64,000 nt of DNA from Polyangiaceae bacterium (GCA_044376115.1 JBILLK010000011.1:32001-96000); one strand, 5' to 3'. Shown: positions 10,031-19,470, counted from the stretch's first letter. A program made the numbers and translations. Notes: generated from the letters alone by a model not told the origin.

Positions 10031-10038
10031 AGAGGCTT

Positions 10039-10065
10039 GGTCCTTTGCCCCTATCAACGATCGTC
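10039..10065 (+). promoter_or_regulatory. Candidate ECF42-type promoter for yciI-sigma
   Basis: GGTCCT-N17-CGTC, aligns with 9338-9364. Confidence 0.45.
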
Positions 10066-10109
10066 CTTTGAGCATGGCCGCGCTTCGCGCAAGATCCGAG
10101 GAGTTATCT

Positions 10110-10475
10110 GTGCAGTACCTATTGATGTTCAATTCACCGGCTTCCGACCTCGAACGAAAGCCTGAGGACCCTGATTCTGCAGACTATTGGGAGTCCTGGC
10201 GCCTCTATATGAAGGAGATCTACTCGGCCGGCGTGGTCAAGAGCGGTAACGCGTTGGCTTCGCCTTTCAGCGGCACGACGATTCGCCTCCGCGACGGGAA
10301 GCGTCAGGTGCATGATGGTCCCTTCGCGGATACCAAGGAGCTGCTTGGCGGCTACCTCGTGATCGAGGTGCCTTCACTCGATGAGGCAATGCACTGGGCG
10401 TCCAAGAGCCCCAGTTCGCTCGTCGGCAGCACCGAGATCAGGCCGCTCGCCGACGTGAGCAAGGTCGTCGGTTGA
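10110..10475 (+). CDS. YciI/DGPF-family protein
   Basis: DGPFADTKELLGGYLVIEV signature. GTG 10110 follows GAGGAG. Confidence 0.92.
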   Translation: MQYLLMFNSPASDLERKPEDPDSADYWESWRLYMKEIYSAGVVKSGNALASPFSGTTIRLRDGKRQVHDGPFADTKELLGGYLVIEVPSLDEAMHWASKSPSSLVGSTEIRPLADVSKVVG

Positions 10476-11701
10476 CCGAGGCGGTGAGGCGAGCCGCCGC
10501 GACCTTCGCGGCTCGAGAGTCGTACGGGCGCATGCTCACGTACCTCGCTAAACGTTGGCGGGACGTTGCTGCTGCAGAGGACGCCCTCTCAGCAGCTTTC
10601 GAGCAGGCGCTCGTGCACTGGCCCGCCGAAGGGGTGCCGGAAGCCCCGGATCGCTGGCTGCTCGCCGTAGCCCATCGCAAGTTGACCGACCAGGCCCGGC
10701 ACATCGCCATACGCACGCGCCCCGATGTGCTGGCAGCGCTAACGGCGGCAGTCGAGAGCGTCGAACTGGGAGCCTTTTCTATGCCCGATGACCGCCTGCG
10801 CCTAATGATGGTTTGCGCACATCCCGCGATCGATGAAGGCGTGCGGCCAGCGCTCATCCTGCAGCTGGTGCTCGGGCTGGAGGTCAAGGTGATGGCGCCC
10901 CTCTTCGTGTTGCCCGAGGCGACGCTCAACAAGCGACTCGTTCGCGCCAAGGCCAAGATCCGCGAAGCCGGATTGCGCTTTGAGGAGCCTGAACCGGCAG
11001 AGCTTGGTGACCGCGTGCACGCCGTGCTCGAGGCGCTCTATGCGGCGTACGTGTGCGGCGCTGACCGCGAAGGCGCGGCAGACTTGCGTCAAGAGGCGGT
11101 CTTTCTCGTGCAGCTCGTCGAAGAGGCGTTGCCTGATAACGCCGAGGCGCGCGGATGCTCGGCTTTGATCTCGCTATGCGAGGCTCGCCGGCCCGCCTTG
11201 GTCGGCACCGGCTTCTCGATCGTCCCGCTCGACGAGCAGGACGTCTCGCTTTGGGATGAAGCCTTGCTCGCGCGTGGCTTGCAATCGCTTGCGCGCGCTG
11301 CTGCCTGCAGCCAAGGTGCAGGGCCATTTCAGCTCGAGGCGGCCATCCAAGCGGCGCATTGTTACCGCGCGCGCTCGGGCTCGACTCCGTGGCTGGAGAT
11401 CGCCGCGCTGTATGAGCGTCTGATCGAAGTCGGACCCACGCTCGGAGCTTATGTCGGCCGAGCGATCGCCATGGCCTATGCAACAGATTCTGCTGCGCTT
11501 GGGCTGGCTCAATTGGACGCCCTACCGCCGGCTGACCGCGAGCGTTACCAGCCGTATTGGTTGGCCGAGGCCCATCTCCTTGAACGCTGCGGCGACCGAC
11601 GCCCTGCACGAGAGGCGCTGGACCGAGCCCTGGCGCTGACGTTTTCGGCCCGTCAGAAGCACTTCATCGAGCGTTGGCGTACGCGCCTCGCCGACGCGTA
11701 G
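10472..11701 (+). CDS. ECF42-type RNA polymerase sigma factor with C-terminal TPR-like extension
   Basis: AAEDAL, PDDRLRL...CAHPA, RLVRAKAKI, PLDEQD..LWD, GPFQLEAAIQAAH. Coupled to the upstream DGPF gene (TTGA overlap). Confidence 0.92.
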   Translation: MTEAVRRAAATFAARESYGRMLTYLAKRWRDVAAAEDALSAAFEQALVHWPAEGVPEAPDRWLLAVAHRKLTDQARHIAIRTRPDVLAALTAAVESVELGAFSMPDDRLRLMMVCAHPAIDEGVRPALILQLVLGLEVKVMAPLFVLPEATLNKRLVRAKAKIREAGLRFEEPEPAELGDRVHAVLEALYAAYVCGADREGAADLRQEAVFLVQLVEEALPDNAEARGCSALISLCEARRPALVGTGFSIVPLDEQDVSLWDEALLARGLQSLARAAACSQGAGPFQLEAAIQAAHCYRARSGSTPWLEIAALYERLIEVGPTLGAYVGRAIAMAYATDSAALGLAQLDALPPADRERYQPYWLAEAHLLERCGDRRPAREALDRALALTFSARQKHFIERWRTRLADA

Positions 11702-11704
11702 AAG

Positions 11705-13240
11705 CTACTGCTCAGGGAGCTTGCCGCGGGTGACCTTGTAGCGCCGAGTGCCTTCATCCCACGCCCAAGCCACATGGAAGTTCACCGGCTGAGTTCCCGT
11801 CTTGGTGATGGCGAGCCCTTTGCCTTTGATACCAAACTCACGCAGGTCAGGGCTCTGAAACTCACGAGCGGAATGCACAGTAAAAGGTTTGGCCGCGCTG
11901 TCCAGTATATCACTCGTGGGCAGGTCATCAGCGCCTAGGGTGCGGGCACGTAGCTCTCCCTGGTCATTGACGGCGAAGACCACCCAGGCAGGGCTCTGCG
12001 TGCCGTATTGTTGTGTAAGCCAGTCAGGGCGGTAGGCAATGACCTGTAGCTCGTTACCGCGCTCGACAATCGCCTTGATGTGGGTTGGCTGGGCGTACTC
12101 CACCGGAACGTCGCCGAATAGCGGGATGAACTCGACGATCTTGCCTTGCTTCTTGGTGACCAGGAAATCGCCATACGTCTTGACGAGTCCCACCTCGACG
12201 TCTCCTCGTTCAGCTTGTTTGAGATAGAGCGGTTCATCCCTGACGGTTAGCGCCTTGGAGCCTTGATGGGGTAAGCAGCGAACCCGGTCAGGCTGCCCAG
12301 GGTGATAAGAGAGCCCGGGCGGAAATGCGGTTCGCTTCGAGTATTTCCCTGGCACCAGCAGTCCTGCGAAGGTGCGCGCTCGCAGGTCCGCGAGTGGCTC
12401 AAACGCGATTGGCGTAGGGAAGGTGAGCTCTCGTAGCGGCGCCGAAGCCAGGCCGTCGCTGGTCGCTTCCGCGGAACTCAGCTTGGCAATACGAATGCGA
12501 AGCTTACTGAGCGGCGCTGCATTGAGGCGGGGTAACGCCGAGAGCGGGAGTTTTGCTTCGAGCCTATGGCCGCCTTGTGAGGTCAGTACCTTGTGCGCTA
12601 TCGGCTTGATTGGAAGCCAGGCGCCTTCGGGCCCGCGCTGGCTCGTCTCGCCGCTCGCCGCCACCCGCAGTCGGCTGAGGAACTCGGCCTTGTGGCTAAC
12701 CTGCAGCCGCTCGTAGTCCGCCGCCTTGGCTCGACAATCCGCGGCTTCCTTCGGCGTCTTCTTGCGCCCCTTGAAGCTGCTCCCTTCTGGTCCAGACTCC
12801 AATACGTTTTCGCAGTCAAAGGCCCATGGTTCACCGCCACGGGAGAACCACTCACCGACAGGCGCCAAGGCTGGCGGCTCTACCGAGAGCTCGATCTCGA
12901 AGCCGGTTTGGGCGCTACCTCCGAGCTCAGCTGCAAGCAATATCCCAGTATCGGTCAGGGCCAAGCCGATTCGTGACAACGCCTCGCGCGGGTTGTTCGC
13001 TAGCTCCTCGGTCGCCCGGAGATCGCCCCACTCAGTGAGTTCGCCGTCGGCTTCAAAGTTTTGCGGCGGACTCTTCAGCACCACGCCGATGCCGTCGATC
13101 CGCTGTTCGGGGGGCTGTGCTCCGGCGCTCGTAGACGCCGAAGCCTGCGGCGGTTCGATCGGTATCGAACGGTCGGCTGGTATCGAACGGTCGGCTGGTA
13201 TGTTGCAGGCGAAGGTGAATGCTAATGCGAAGTATCTCAT
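11705..13240 (-). CDS. Hypothetical lipoprotein
   Basis: 511-aa ORF with lipobox-like TFAC. Start overlaps the cytochrome stop (ATGA). Confidence 0.7.
   Translation of the reverse strand: MRYFALAFTFACNIPADRSIPADRSIPIEPPQASASTSAGAQPPEQRIDGIGVVLKSPPQNFEADGELTEWGDLRATEELANNPREALSRIGLALTDTGILLAAELGGSAQTGFEIELSVEPPALAPVGEWFSRGGEPWAFDCENVLESGPEGSSFKGRKKTPKEAADCRAKAADYERLQVSHKAEFLSRLRVAASGETSQRGPEGAWLPIKPIAHKVLTSQGGHRLEAKLPLSALPRLNAAPLSKLRIRIAKLSSAEATSDGLASAPLRELTFPTPIAFEPLADLRARTFAGLLVPGKYSKRTAFPPGLSYHPGQPDRVRCLPHQGSKALTVRDEPLYLKQAERGDVEVGLVKTYGDFLVTKKQGKIVEFIPLFGDVPVEYAQPTHIKAIVERGNELQVIAYRPDWLTQQYGTQSPAWVVFAVNDQGELRARTLGADDLPTSDILDSAAKPFTVHSAREFQSPDLREFGIKGKGLAITKTGTQPVNFHVAWAWDEGTRRYKVTRGKLPEQ
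13161..13201. repeat. 18-bp in-frame tandem repeat (about 2.3 copies) encoding IPADRS
   Basis: ggtatcgaacggtcggct x2 followed by ggtat. Confidence 0.85.
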
Positions 13241-14322
13241 GGGGTCTCTAGTGTGCGAATAGGAGGTAGCAGCACCTCCGCAATGAGCTGTTCATTGGCC
13301 GCGTGCGTAACGCCGAGCCTCGTCGCAAGCCCTTCCGACATGCGCTGATAAACAACCTCGATATGGATCGTATCTTTGTGGACGTCGGCCCCGAAGGGAA
13401 GCCACACCGTGCGCGGTGTCCCGTCGGCGGCAAGCCGTTCATCAGCGGTCTGCCGACGCTCGCTGCCGGTCTCCGAGGGGACCATCTCGAACCTACGTTC
13501 AAGCCCCACCGCACTCGCGACGGCACCAGCAGAGCTGTGCGCCCGGACTTCCAAGCGCCGAAAGAGGTCTCCCGTTGGCACGGCGTGGCCAGCCCCTGTG
13601 ACCGTGAGCGTTACGTTGACGGCTCGGTCAGAGGACCGCTCGGCGCTCACGGATAGAGCGCTCTCTAGTAAGCGGTCATCCACCTCGAAGCGATGGCTCT
13701 TACGCTGCTTCGGCTGCTCCGAGCTACCGCCGTTCACGGCTGGCATGTGGCAGTCCTGACAGCTCTCCTGCGCGAGCGGTGACTCCTCATGCTCGCTGCG
13801 CGTCGATTGCATCAGCGCTCGCTGCGGTTTGGGAAAGTCGAATTCGTGACATCCCGCGCAGGCAGCTTCGGTCGTCAGCCGCGCGTCCCCCAACGTTGAG
13901 TGGTAGCGCCCATCGAGGCTTCGCGGGCCGACGATATGGCCTACCTGAACATGACAGGTCACGCAGCCGACGCCGAGCTCGCGTTGCTGCTGCGTACGAA
14001 GCGATACCTCGCTATCGGTGTTCTCGGCGGGCGCTTCCGGTGCGTGGCAGCCGCGGCAAAAGGGCAGTGGTTCGAGTTCGAGCGCCGCTTGAAAGATAGG
14101 ATCTTGATAGGCTCGTTGATGCATCGAGCCACGCCACTCGCGCGCTTCTTCGCTGTGACAGGCCTCACATTGCTCGTTCAATCGCACCGCGTCGAGGCCG
14201 CCGCGGAGCTGGGCTCCTGGCCGCGGCAGCGGCAGGCCGCTCTGCGTGCCCAAGGACCTTGACTGACCGAACGATGCGCTCGTTAGCGCCGCTACTATGC
14301 AAAGCAGCGTAAGCAATCTCAT
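13237..14322 (-). CDS. Exported multiheme (5 CxxCH) cytochrome c, c554/c552-like N-terminal region
   Basis: CEACH, CRGCH, CVTCH, CAGCH, CQDCH; W..SMH; C-terminal AGHAVPTGDLFRRL; signal peptide MRLLTLLCIVAAL. Confidence 0.9.
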   Translation of the reverse strand: MRLLTLLCIVAALTSASFGQSRSLGTQSGLPLPRPGAQLRGGLDAVRLNEQCEACHSEEAREWRGSMHQRAYQDPIFQAALELEPLPFCRGCHAPEAPAENTDSEVSLRTQQQRELGVGCVTCHVQVGHIVGPRSLDGRYHSTLGDARLTTEAACAGCHEFDFPKPQRALMQSTRSEHEESPLAQESCQDCHMPAVNGGSSEQPKQRKSHRFEVDDRLLESALSVSAERSSDRAVNVTLTVTGAGHAVPTGDLFRRLEVRAHSSAGAVASAVGLERRFEMVPSETGSERRQTADERLAADGTPRTVWLPFGADVHKDTIHIEVVYQRMSEGLATRLGVTHAANEQLIAEVLLPPIRTLETP

Positions 14323-14470
14323 TTTCGGTTCAGCCCTTCGTGAGCCAACATGAAGTACATGCATTTCCGGGCGGATGGCAAAGACGCCCATGCAACCACC
14401 AAAGGCAATCAGAATCCCAATTGGCTGCGTACCTCCTCCTCCCGCTCCGTCCTCTTGTATGCTGCCTCCA

Positions 14471-15187
14471 ATGAACCTCCGCTCCAGCTTGTTCTTCGTG
14501 CTCCTCGCGGGCTGCGCGACTGGCGAGCCGCTCAAGCTCGATGGCAACGCGGGTGGGACGGACGGCCCGGAGCCGTTGGCGGGATCGGATGCGGCGGGGG
14601 CGGCTGACGGTTCTGGCGCGACGGGCGCCGGTGCGGCTTTAGTCTCAGGCGGTTCGGGGGGAGCGGGGGCAAACGCTGAAGGTGGTGGCGGAACGTCCGC
14701 TCAACCGAGCTGCGGTGACGGGACGATCGACGCGGGCGAAGAGTGTGATGATCAGAACGGCCAGTCCGGGGATGGCTGCTTGGGATGCATGATTGAGTGC
14801 GCCCCCGGCGAACTGAAGGAGCCGCTGAGTGGCCACTGCTACAAGCTATTCGTGGTCAACTCGGCCCAAGCTGCGGCAGAATCTGCCTGCCAAACCTGGG
14901 GCGGTGCACCAGGCCTTGGTCACCTCGCCTCGTTGAACTCAGCCGCAGAGAACGCCTTTGTTGGTGGTCTCATCGCAGACAATACCTGGATAGGTGCCGA
15001 TGATCTCGGCGGCGCCTGGGCGTGGAACGACGGCTCGGCTTTCGCCTACGAAAATTGGCAAAATGGCGAGCCGAACTTCCCCGGTCTCGAGCATTGCATG
15101 TTCGCCGACGCTGCTGACAAGTGGCATGATCACAACTGCGCCGACCTACGGCCCGCTTACCTGTGTGAGCGCGGCAGCGGTAATTAG
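14471..15187 (+). CDS. Lipoprotein with Myxococcus Cys-rich repeat and C-type lectin domain
   Basis: LLAGC lipobox, Gly-rich linker, CGDG..DAGEECDD.N....DGC repeat, lectin motifs HCY, GHLASL.S..EN.FV, WIG, NW..GEPN, WHD..C. Confidence 0.9.
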   Translation: MNLRSSLFFVLLAGCATGEPLKLDGNAGGTDGPEPLAGSDAAGAADGSGATGAGAALVSGGSGGAGANAEGGGGTSAQPSCGDGTIDAGEECDDQNGQSGDGCLGCMIECAPGELKEPLSGHCYKLFVVNSAQAAAESACQTWGGAPGLGHLASLNSAAENAFVGGLIADNTWIGADDLGGAWAWNDGSAFAYENWQNGEPNFPGLEHCMFADAADKWHDHNCADLRPAYLCERGSGN

Positions 15188-15594
15188 CGGGCTGGGCACG
15201 CGTCGCTCATGGTTGCCGGAGCGCCCTCCGGCACGAAGCCTTCGCGAGAGTGGCGTTGGTACTCATTGACGAAGGTTGACCGTCCGACGAGCCTACCCGA
15301 AGCGTCATAGAACGAGCTGAAGGAGGTGAATACGAAGCTCCTTGGGTCGGTCTCCACGCGGAGCACGGTGAAGGCACCAAGCTGGCCGATTCGTACGCTA
15401 GCCGACCCTTTGCACTGAGCCTCGACCTCCTGCGCGAGCGGCAAGCAGGCGACCGGTGAGCAAGAAAGCGGCCCCTCTGCTTGATTGAGTACGCTGTTAG
15501 GGGGCGCCGGTTGCGGCGGCTTTGCGGCGCACCCAACCGCTCCAGCCACGACCGCAAGACCGCAGACCAACTTTGTCGAGATGCGCTTGAACAA
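15184..15594 (-). CDS. Small hypothetical lipoprotein
   Basis: Basic n-region, hydrophobic core, AVGC lipobox. Confidence 0.65.
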   Translation of the reverse strand: MFKRISTKLVCGLAVVAGAVGCAAKPPQPAPPNSVLNQAEGPLSCSPVACLPLAQEVEAQCKGSASVRIGQLGAFTVLRVETDPRSFVFTSFSSFYDASGRLVGRSTFVNEYQRHSREGFVPEGAPATMSDACPAR

Positions 15595-15629
15595 GGCTGG
15601 AACCTTACGGCGTGCGGCCCTGAGTGCAA

Positions 15630-16592
15630 CTACGAAGTAGCCGCCGTTCGCTCGAGCAGCGCCTCGAGCTTGTCGAAGGAGCCGGTCCAGCCGAGCGTCA
15701 TGTTTGGGCGTTCACGCAGGAAGGACGCGGCTTCGCTCGGGGTCGTCGAGCCAAGCGGCGCGCTTGTCACGGTTACGCGCGTCCGCTCGGGCGTCTCCTC
15801 GCTGAACTGCACCGTGGTTTGCAACCTCGCCGGCCAGTTCTCGAGCCCCAACGCGCTCGCGGGTTGCTCAGCCTCATCAACGAACTGCTGCATGTACACG
15901 ATGCGCTCGGCGGGCTCGATAGCGAGGTAATCGAAGCGCGCGTGCATGCGGCCGTGTTCACCCTCAATCAGGAAGAAGGTGCTCTTACCCGCGGCGATCT
16001 CCGAGCGAAGAAAGCGCAGCTCGCTGCCGGTGGGAGGTAGCCAGTTTGCGAGCTGTCCGGGCTGCGTCCAAAAAGCAAAGAGCTGAGCAATTGGTGCGTC
16101 GAAGCTTCGATTGATAACGAAGACCGACCTTGCCGCTACTGTGTATTCAAGGTGCTCGGCTAGCCGATCCCACGTGGAGTAACCACCGGCCTGCTTGATG
16201 AACTTGCCGGTTGCGGCGGCGGCCTCCGGAGTGGCAAAGGCGAACACCAACTCCAGCGTCGTCTTGCCGTGCAGCTCACTAAAAGTCGCTGTCACCCGGA
16301 ACAGTGGCGGGGTGTCGTCGGTCCCGCCGTGGTCGTAAACCAGCTGCTGGTACGGCTCGACCACGAAGTACGTCGTCACGTTGGGATAGTCAACGCCGCC
16401 CGGGCCATGCATGGTGTACCGCCAGCTGCCGCCTACGCGCAGATCTTTGCTGTGCGTCGTGAGCGTGAAGCCCCGCGGGCCCCACCACTTCTCCACTTGC
16501 TCAGTCACTGTCCACGCGTCCCAAACTGCTTGCACAGACGCTTCGTAGACGCGCGTGATTCGAATCTCGTTCGACTTACCTTTTGCCGACAT
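15630..16592 (-). CDS. Tandem SRPBCC (AHSA1-like) domain protein
   Basis: VWDAWT....EKWWGPRGF; second repeat FAFWT.P...ANWL; C-terminal GWTGSFDKL. Confidence 0.9.
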   Translation of the reverse strand: MSAKGKSNEIRITRVYEASVQAVWDAWTVTEQVEKWWGPRGFTLTTHSKDLRVGGSWRYTMHGPGGVDYPNVTTYFVVEPYQQLVYDHGGTDDTPPLFRVTATFSELHGKTTLELVFAFATPEAAAATGKFIKQAGGYSTWDRLAEHLEYTVAARSVFVINRSFDAPIAQLFAFWTQPGQLANWLPPTGSELRFLRSEIAAGKSTFFLIEGEHGRMHARFDYLAIEPAERIVYMQQFVDEAEQPASALGLENWPARLQTTVQFSEETPERTRVTVTSAPLGSTTPSEAASFLRERPNMTLGWTGSFDKLEALLERTAATS

Positions 16593-16986
16593 GGCGCACT
16601 CTCTTCGCTTTGATACTCGTTGGTTTTTTGCGGAGTTTGGTCTGGTTGGGCTGGGCGGCGGGCTGAGGACCGAGGCTCTTCAGGTACGCGTCGAGCCGGT
16701 CGAGCCGCTCTTCCCACATCGCGCGAAAGTTCTCGATCCAGTCGGCCGCCGGCTCGAGAGCGTGCGGCTCGAGCCGACACGGGCGCTGTTGCCCCTCCCG
16801 ACTGCGCGAGATGAGTCCCGCGCGCTCGAGCACCTTGAGGTGCTTGGTGATCGCCGGACCCGAGAGAGCGAAGGGTTCACCGAGCTCCTTCACTGGCGCC
16901 TCCCCGATCGAGAGCCGCGCGAGGATGGCCCTCCGAGTTGGATCGGCGAGCGCCGAGAACACGAGCGATAGGTCAGCCGACTGCAT
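16576..16986 (-). CDS. ArsR/SmtB family regulator
   Basis: FSALADPTRRAILARL...ITKHLKVLERAGLISR, upstream of an SRPBCC gene. Confidence 0.93.
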   Translation of the reverse strand: MQSADLSLVFSALADPTRRAILARLSIGEAPVKELGEPFALSGPAITKHLKVLERAGLISRSREGQQRPCRLEPHALEPAADWIENFRAMWEERLDRLDAYLKSLGPQPAAQPNQTKLRKKPTSIKAKRVRHVGKR

Positions 16987-16993
16987 CTCGCGT

Positions 16994-17013
16994 AATTAAC
17001 CAAGTGGTAACTT
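16994..17013. promoter_or_regulatory. Candidate ArsR autoregulatory operator
   Basis: AT-rich imperfect palindrome AATTAACCA-AG-TGGTAACTT, 7 bp upstream of the arsR ATG. Confidence 0.55.
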
Positions 17014-17175
17014 AACCTGCAAGCGAAATGATTCGCAGCCGTGTCCAGTGCACAGCCGCCTGCCTTCGGGTTGAACGCGAAAGGCAAAGCTTGCACAACG
17101 GAGAGCGCTCCCAGCGCCGTCCATCAAGCATTGGGGCCGTGCGGGGAGTGGCACGTATCCTGTATTCAACGGCTC

Positions 17176-17955
17176 ATGGACTTCTACGACATCCCGCCCG
17201 GTGCGCTCCCGGCTGCGGATCCAGCCAAGTCGTTCTCCTCCCCTGGATCAGCGCTGATCGCAGCGTGGGAACAAGCCGGTGGTGATGTGAAGGCCCTGCG
17301 CAGGGTGTACAACCCGCTGCCCCACTGGCCGGGGCGTAAGTCCGGCCTCACCATTGGCATGGGCTACGATCTGAATCACCAGAATGACCAGCTGCTGAAG
17401 AAGGAGTGGGGCAAGGTGCTCTCCCCCGAGGACCTCGCCAAGCTCTCGGACTACACGCCCAGCATCAACGCCAAGGGCAAGCAGGTACCCAAGAAGAAGA
17501 ATCCAAGTAAAGCCGCGCTCGTCGCCACCAAAGACGTGGTCATCAAGTACGACGACGCCGTCAAGGTCTACGAGGACAAGATTTTACCTCGCTATCAAGC
17601 GATGGCCAACAAGGCATTCCCTGGCTTCGTTTCGCTCGATCCGTACACCCAGGGGGCGCTGCTCTCGATGGTCTACAACCGCGGCGACTCCTACACCCTG
17701 AAGAAGGGCACCAAGCAGGCGAAGGCGCTGCGCAAGAAGCACTTCATGGAGATACGCGAGGCCGTCATGAAGCATGACACCAAGGCGATCGAAGCGGTGT
17801 TGCGGGCAATGAAGTCCGAGCACAATGATCCGGAGACCAAGAAGGGCCTCTATCGGCGTCGCGACGCCGAGGCCGACTTGATCAAGGACCACCAAACGGA
17901 GATCGACAAGTTCTACAAGACCGCGCCGATGTGGGATCCGAACTTCTATATTTGA
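17176..17955 (+). CDS. Lysozyme-fold muramidase (pesticin C-terminal/GH24-like)
   Basis: WE...P.WPG..SGLTIGMGYDL, QGALLSMVYNRG, GLYRRRDAEADL. No signal peptide; Lys-rich. Confidence 0.85.
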   Translation: MDFYDIPPGALPAADPAKSFSSPGSALIAAWEQAGGDVKALRRVYNPLPHWPGRKSGLTIGMGYDLNHQNDQLLKKEWGKVLSPEDLAKLSDYTPSINAKGKQVPKKKNPSKAALVATKDVVIKYDDAVKVYEDKILPRYQAMANKAFPGFVSLDPYTQGALLSMVYNRGDSYTLKKGTKQAKALRKKHFMEIREAVMKHDTKAIEAVLRAMKSEHNDPETKKGLYRRRDAEADLIKDHQTEIDKFYKTAPMWDPNFYI

Positions 17956-18073
17956 GCGCTGACCAAGCGGTCCCGCCCAATGGCTCGCTCATCGGGTCAT
18001 GACCTCTCGGGTAATGGCTTCCTCGCACTATCGAGCCCAAAGAAGCGCCGTAGGACGCAACGGAGGGATGGGG

Positions 18074-18538
18074 ATGAAGCACTCGACACATAAGCAATGG
18101 CTCAAGCTCACGGCGATCGTGATTGGATCGTTCGGGCCCGTGTTCTTTCTTGGGACCATGGCCCAGACCTTGGAACCAGCGCGTCTGACGCTGGACCTCT
18201 TGAGCTGGCCTATCGACGGGGCGACGACCTACGCACACCGGGATACGCGCTTTCTTTCCGCGCTGACCGGCGGCTTCTTATTCGGTTGGGGCGTGACAGT
18301 GTGGTGCCTGTCGTCGTGGGTGTATGACCTCGCGCCCGAGGCCGTTCGGCGTACGGTGTTGGCCGGCCTTTGCTCTTGGTTCTGTTTGGACAGCGCAGGT
18401 TCGATTGCGTCGGGCAACGTCTCCAATTCGCTGTTCAACGTACTGGTGCTCGCTCTTGCAGCAGGGCCGCTGTGGTTCCCCGCAGGCGACGAAGACCCTG
18501 CAGGCAAGGGCGAGGCGGCTGCGAGTCACCGACGCTAG
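18074..18538 (+). CDS. Small multi-TM membrane protein
   Basis: Four hydrophobic segments; ATG follows GGAGG. Confidence 0.75.
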   Translation: MKHSTHKQWLKLTAIVIGSFGPVFFLGTMAQTLEPARLTLDLLSWPIDGATTYAHRDTRFLSALTGGFLFGWGVTVWCLSSWVYDLAPEAVRRTVLAGLCSWFCLDSAGSIASGNVSNSLFNVLVLALAAGPLWFPAGDEDPAGKGEAAASHRR

Positions 18539-19041
18539 TCGCCGCGCGTCGCTTGCTCGAGGGCTGTCGTGTACGGTCGAGCGCGCCGCTCGGCAAAACC
18601 ATCTACGAGCAAGCCTACGCCCGAGAAGAAGACCAGGGCGATGCCGAGGCCCTGGGTGAAGTCGCCGCGGGTCGCGAAGCGCAGCCCCAGCCCGACAACC
18701 CCAAAGGCCGCCCACACAATGAGATAGGTGGGCCAGGCGCGGTTCACTTTCTCCATTCGCGCGAGCTCGGCGCGCTGAGCTGCTTCAGGCTCGCTTTCGA
18801 GCGCGGCCTGCAAGGTGGCCGCCTGTGAGGGTGTACGGAACCCGACCGCTCCACCAACGACGGTCATGACCAAGCCCACGACGAGGAATGGAATCGCGAC
18901 GCCGCGAGCAAACCCGCCAGCGTTGTCGCTGAGGAGCCACCCACCGAACACCAGGCTCAACAGCCCAAGCGGTAGAATGAAAACCAAGGCTTCAATCTTC
19001 TCGCCTTGGAAGTAGGCCGTCATGATCTCGAGAAACTTCAT
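18535..19041 (-). CDS. Four-TM membrane protein
   Basis: YFQGEK.EA N-terminus, E..RM..V, D.FAERRA..Y; ATG follows GGAG. Confidence 0.8.
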   Translation of the reverse strand: MKFLEIMTAYFQGEKIEALVFILPLGLLSLVFGGWLLSDNAGGFARGVAIPFLVVGLVMTVVGGAVGFRTPSQAATLQAALESEPEAAQRAELARMEKVNRAWPTYLIVWAAFGVVGLGLRFATRGDFTQGLGIALVFFSGVGLLVDGFAERRARPYTTALEQATRGD

Positions 19042-19149
19042 GCTTACTCCGCTATCGTCGATTGTTAGGTCCAGTCGAAATGTAGCGCGCATTTCTTCGC
19101 CTGGTTCTGCCCTCTCCTCGGCCTCAGAACAAGTTGGAGGAGGTGGCTC

Positions 19150-19428
19150 GTGGGTTCATCGAATGGCACGTGCGGAGCTCGAGTGTGCATTGGAATGGCG
19201 CTCGTGGCGGTGCTCCTATCCGGCTGCTCGACCAGCAGGCTTTCGCAGCAGCCGATCAACAACCAGGAGGTCTTGCGGACCTTGCTGAGCTCGGGTGGCG
19301 ACCCGGCTCGCTGTAGGCCGATGTCAGCCGCTGAGTCTTATGCGTTCGAGGGTCAGCGTTACACCAACCTGCTCGGCAGTCGGGCCATGCCCACGCAGTG
19401 TAGCCATCCTCCCTTCATTGGGAGATAG
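19150..19428 (+). CDS. Possible small lipoprotein (start uncertain)
   Basis: LVAVLLSGC lipobox in an otherwise empty interval. Confidence 0.4.
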   Translation: MGSSNGTCGARVCIGMALVAVLLSGCSTSRLSQQPINNQEVLRTLLSSGGDPARCRPMSAAESYAFEGQRYTNLLGSRAMPTQCSHPPFIGR

Positions 19429-19470
19429 GCTGTCTCGCAGTGGCTTTCGCGGCTCGTGGCTTTAGCGGCT

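Noticed and set aside
13161..13201. 18-bp tandem repeat as CRISPR or contingency locus
   Set aside because: Only about 2.3 copies, no spacers, and in-frame within a lipoprotein linker.
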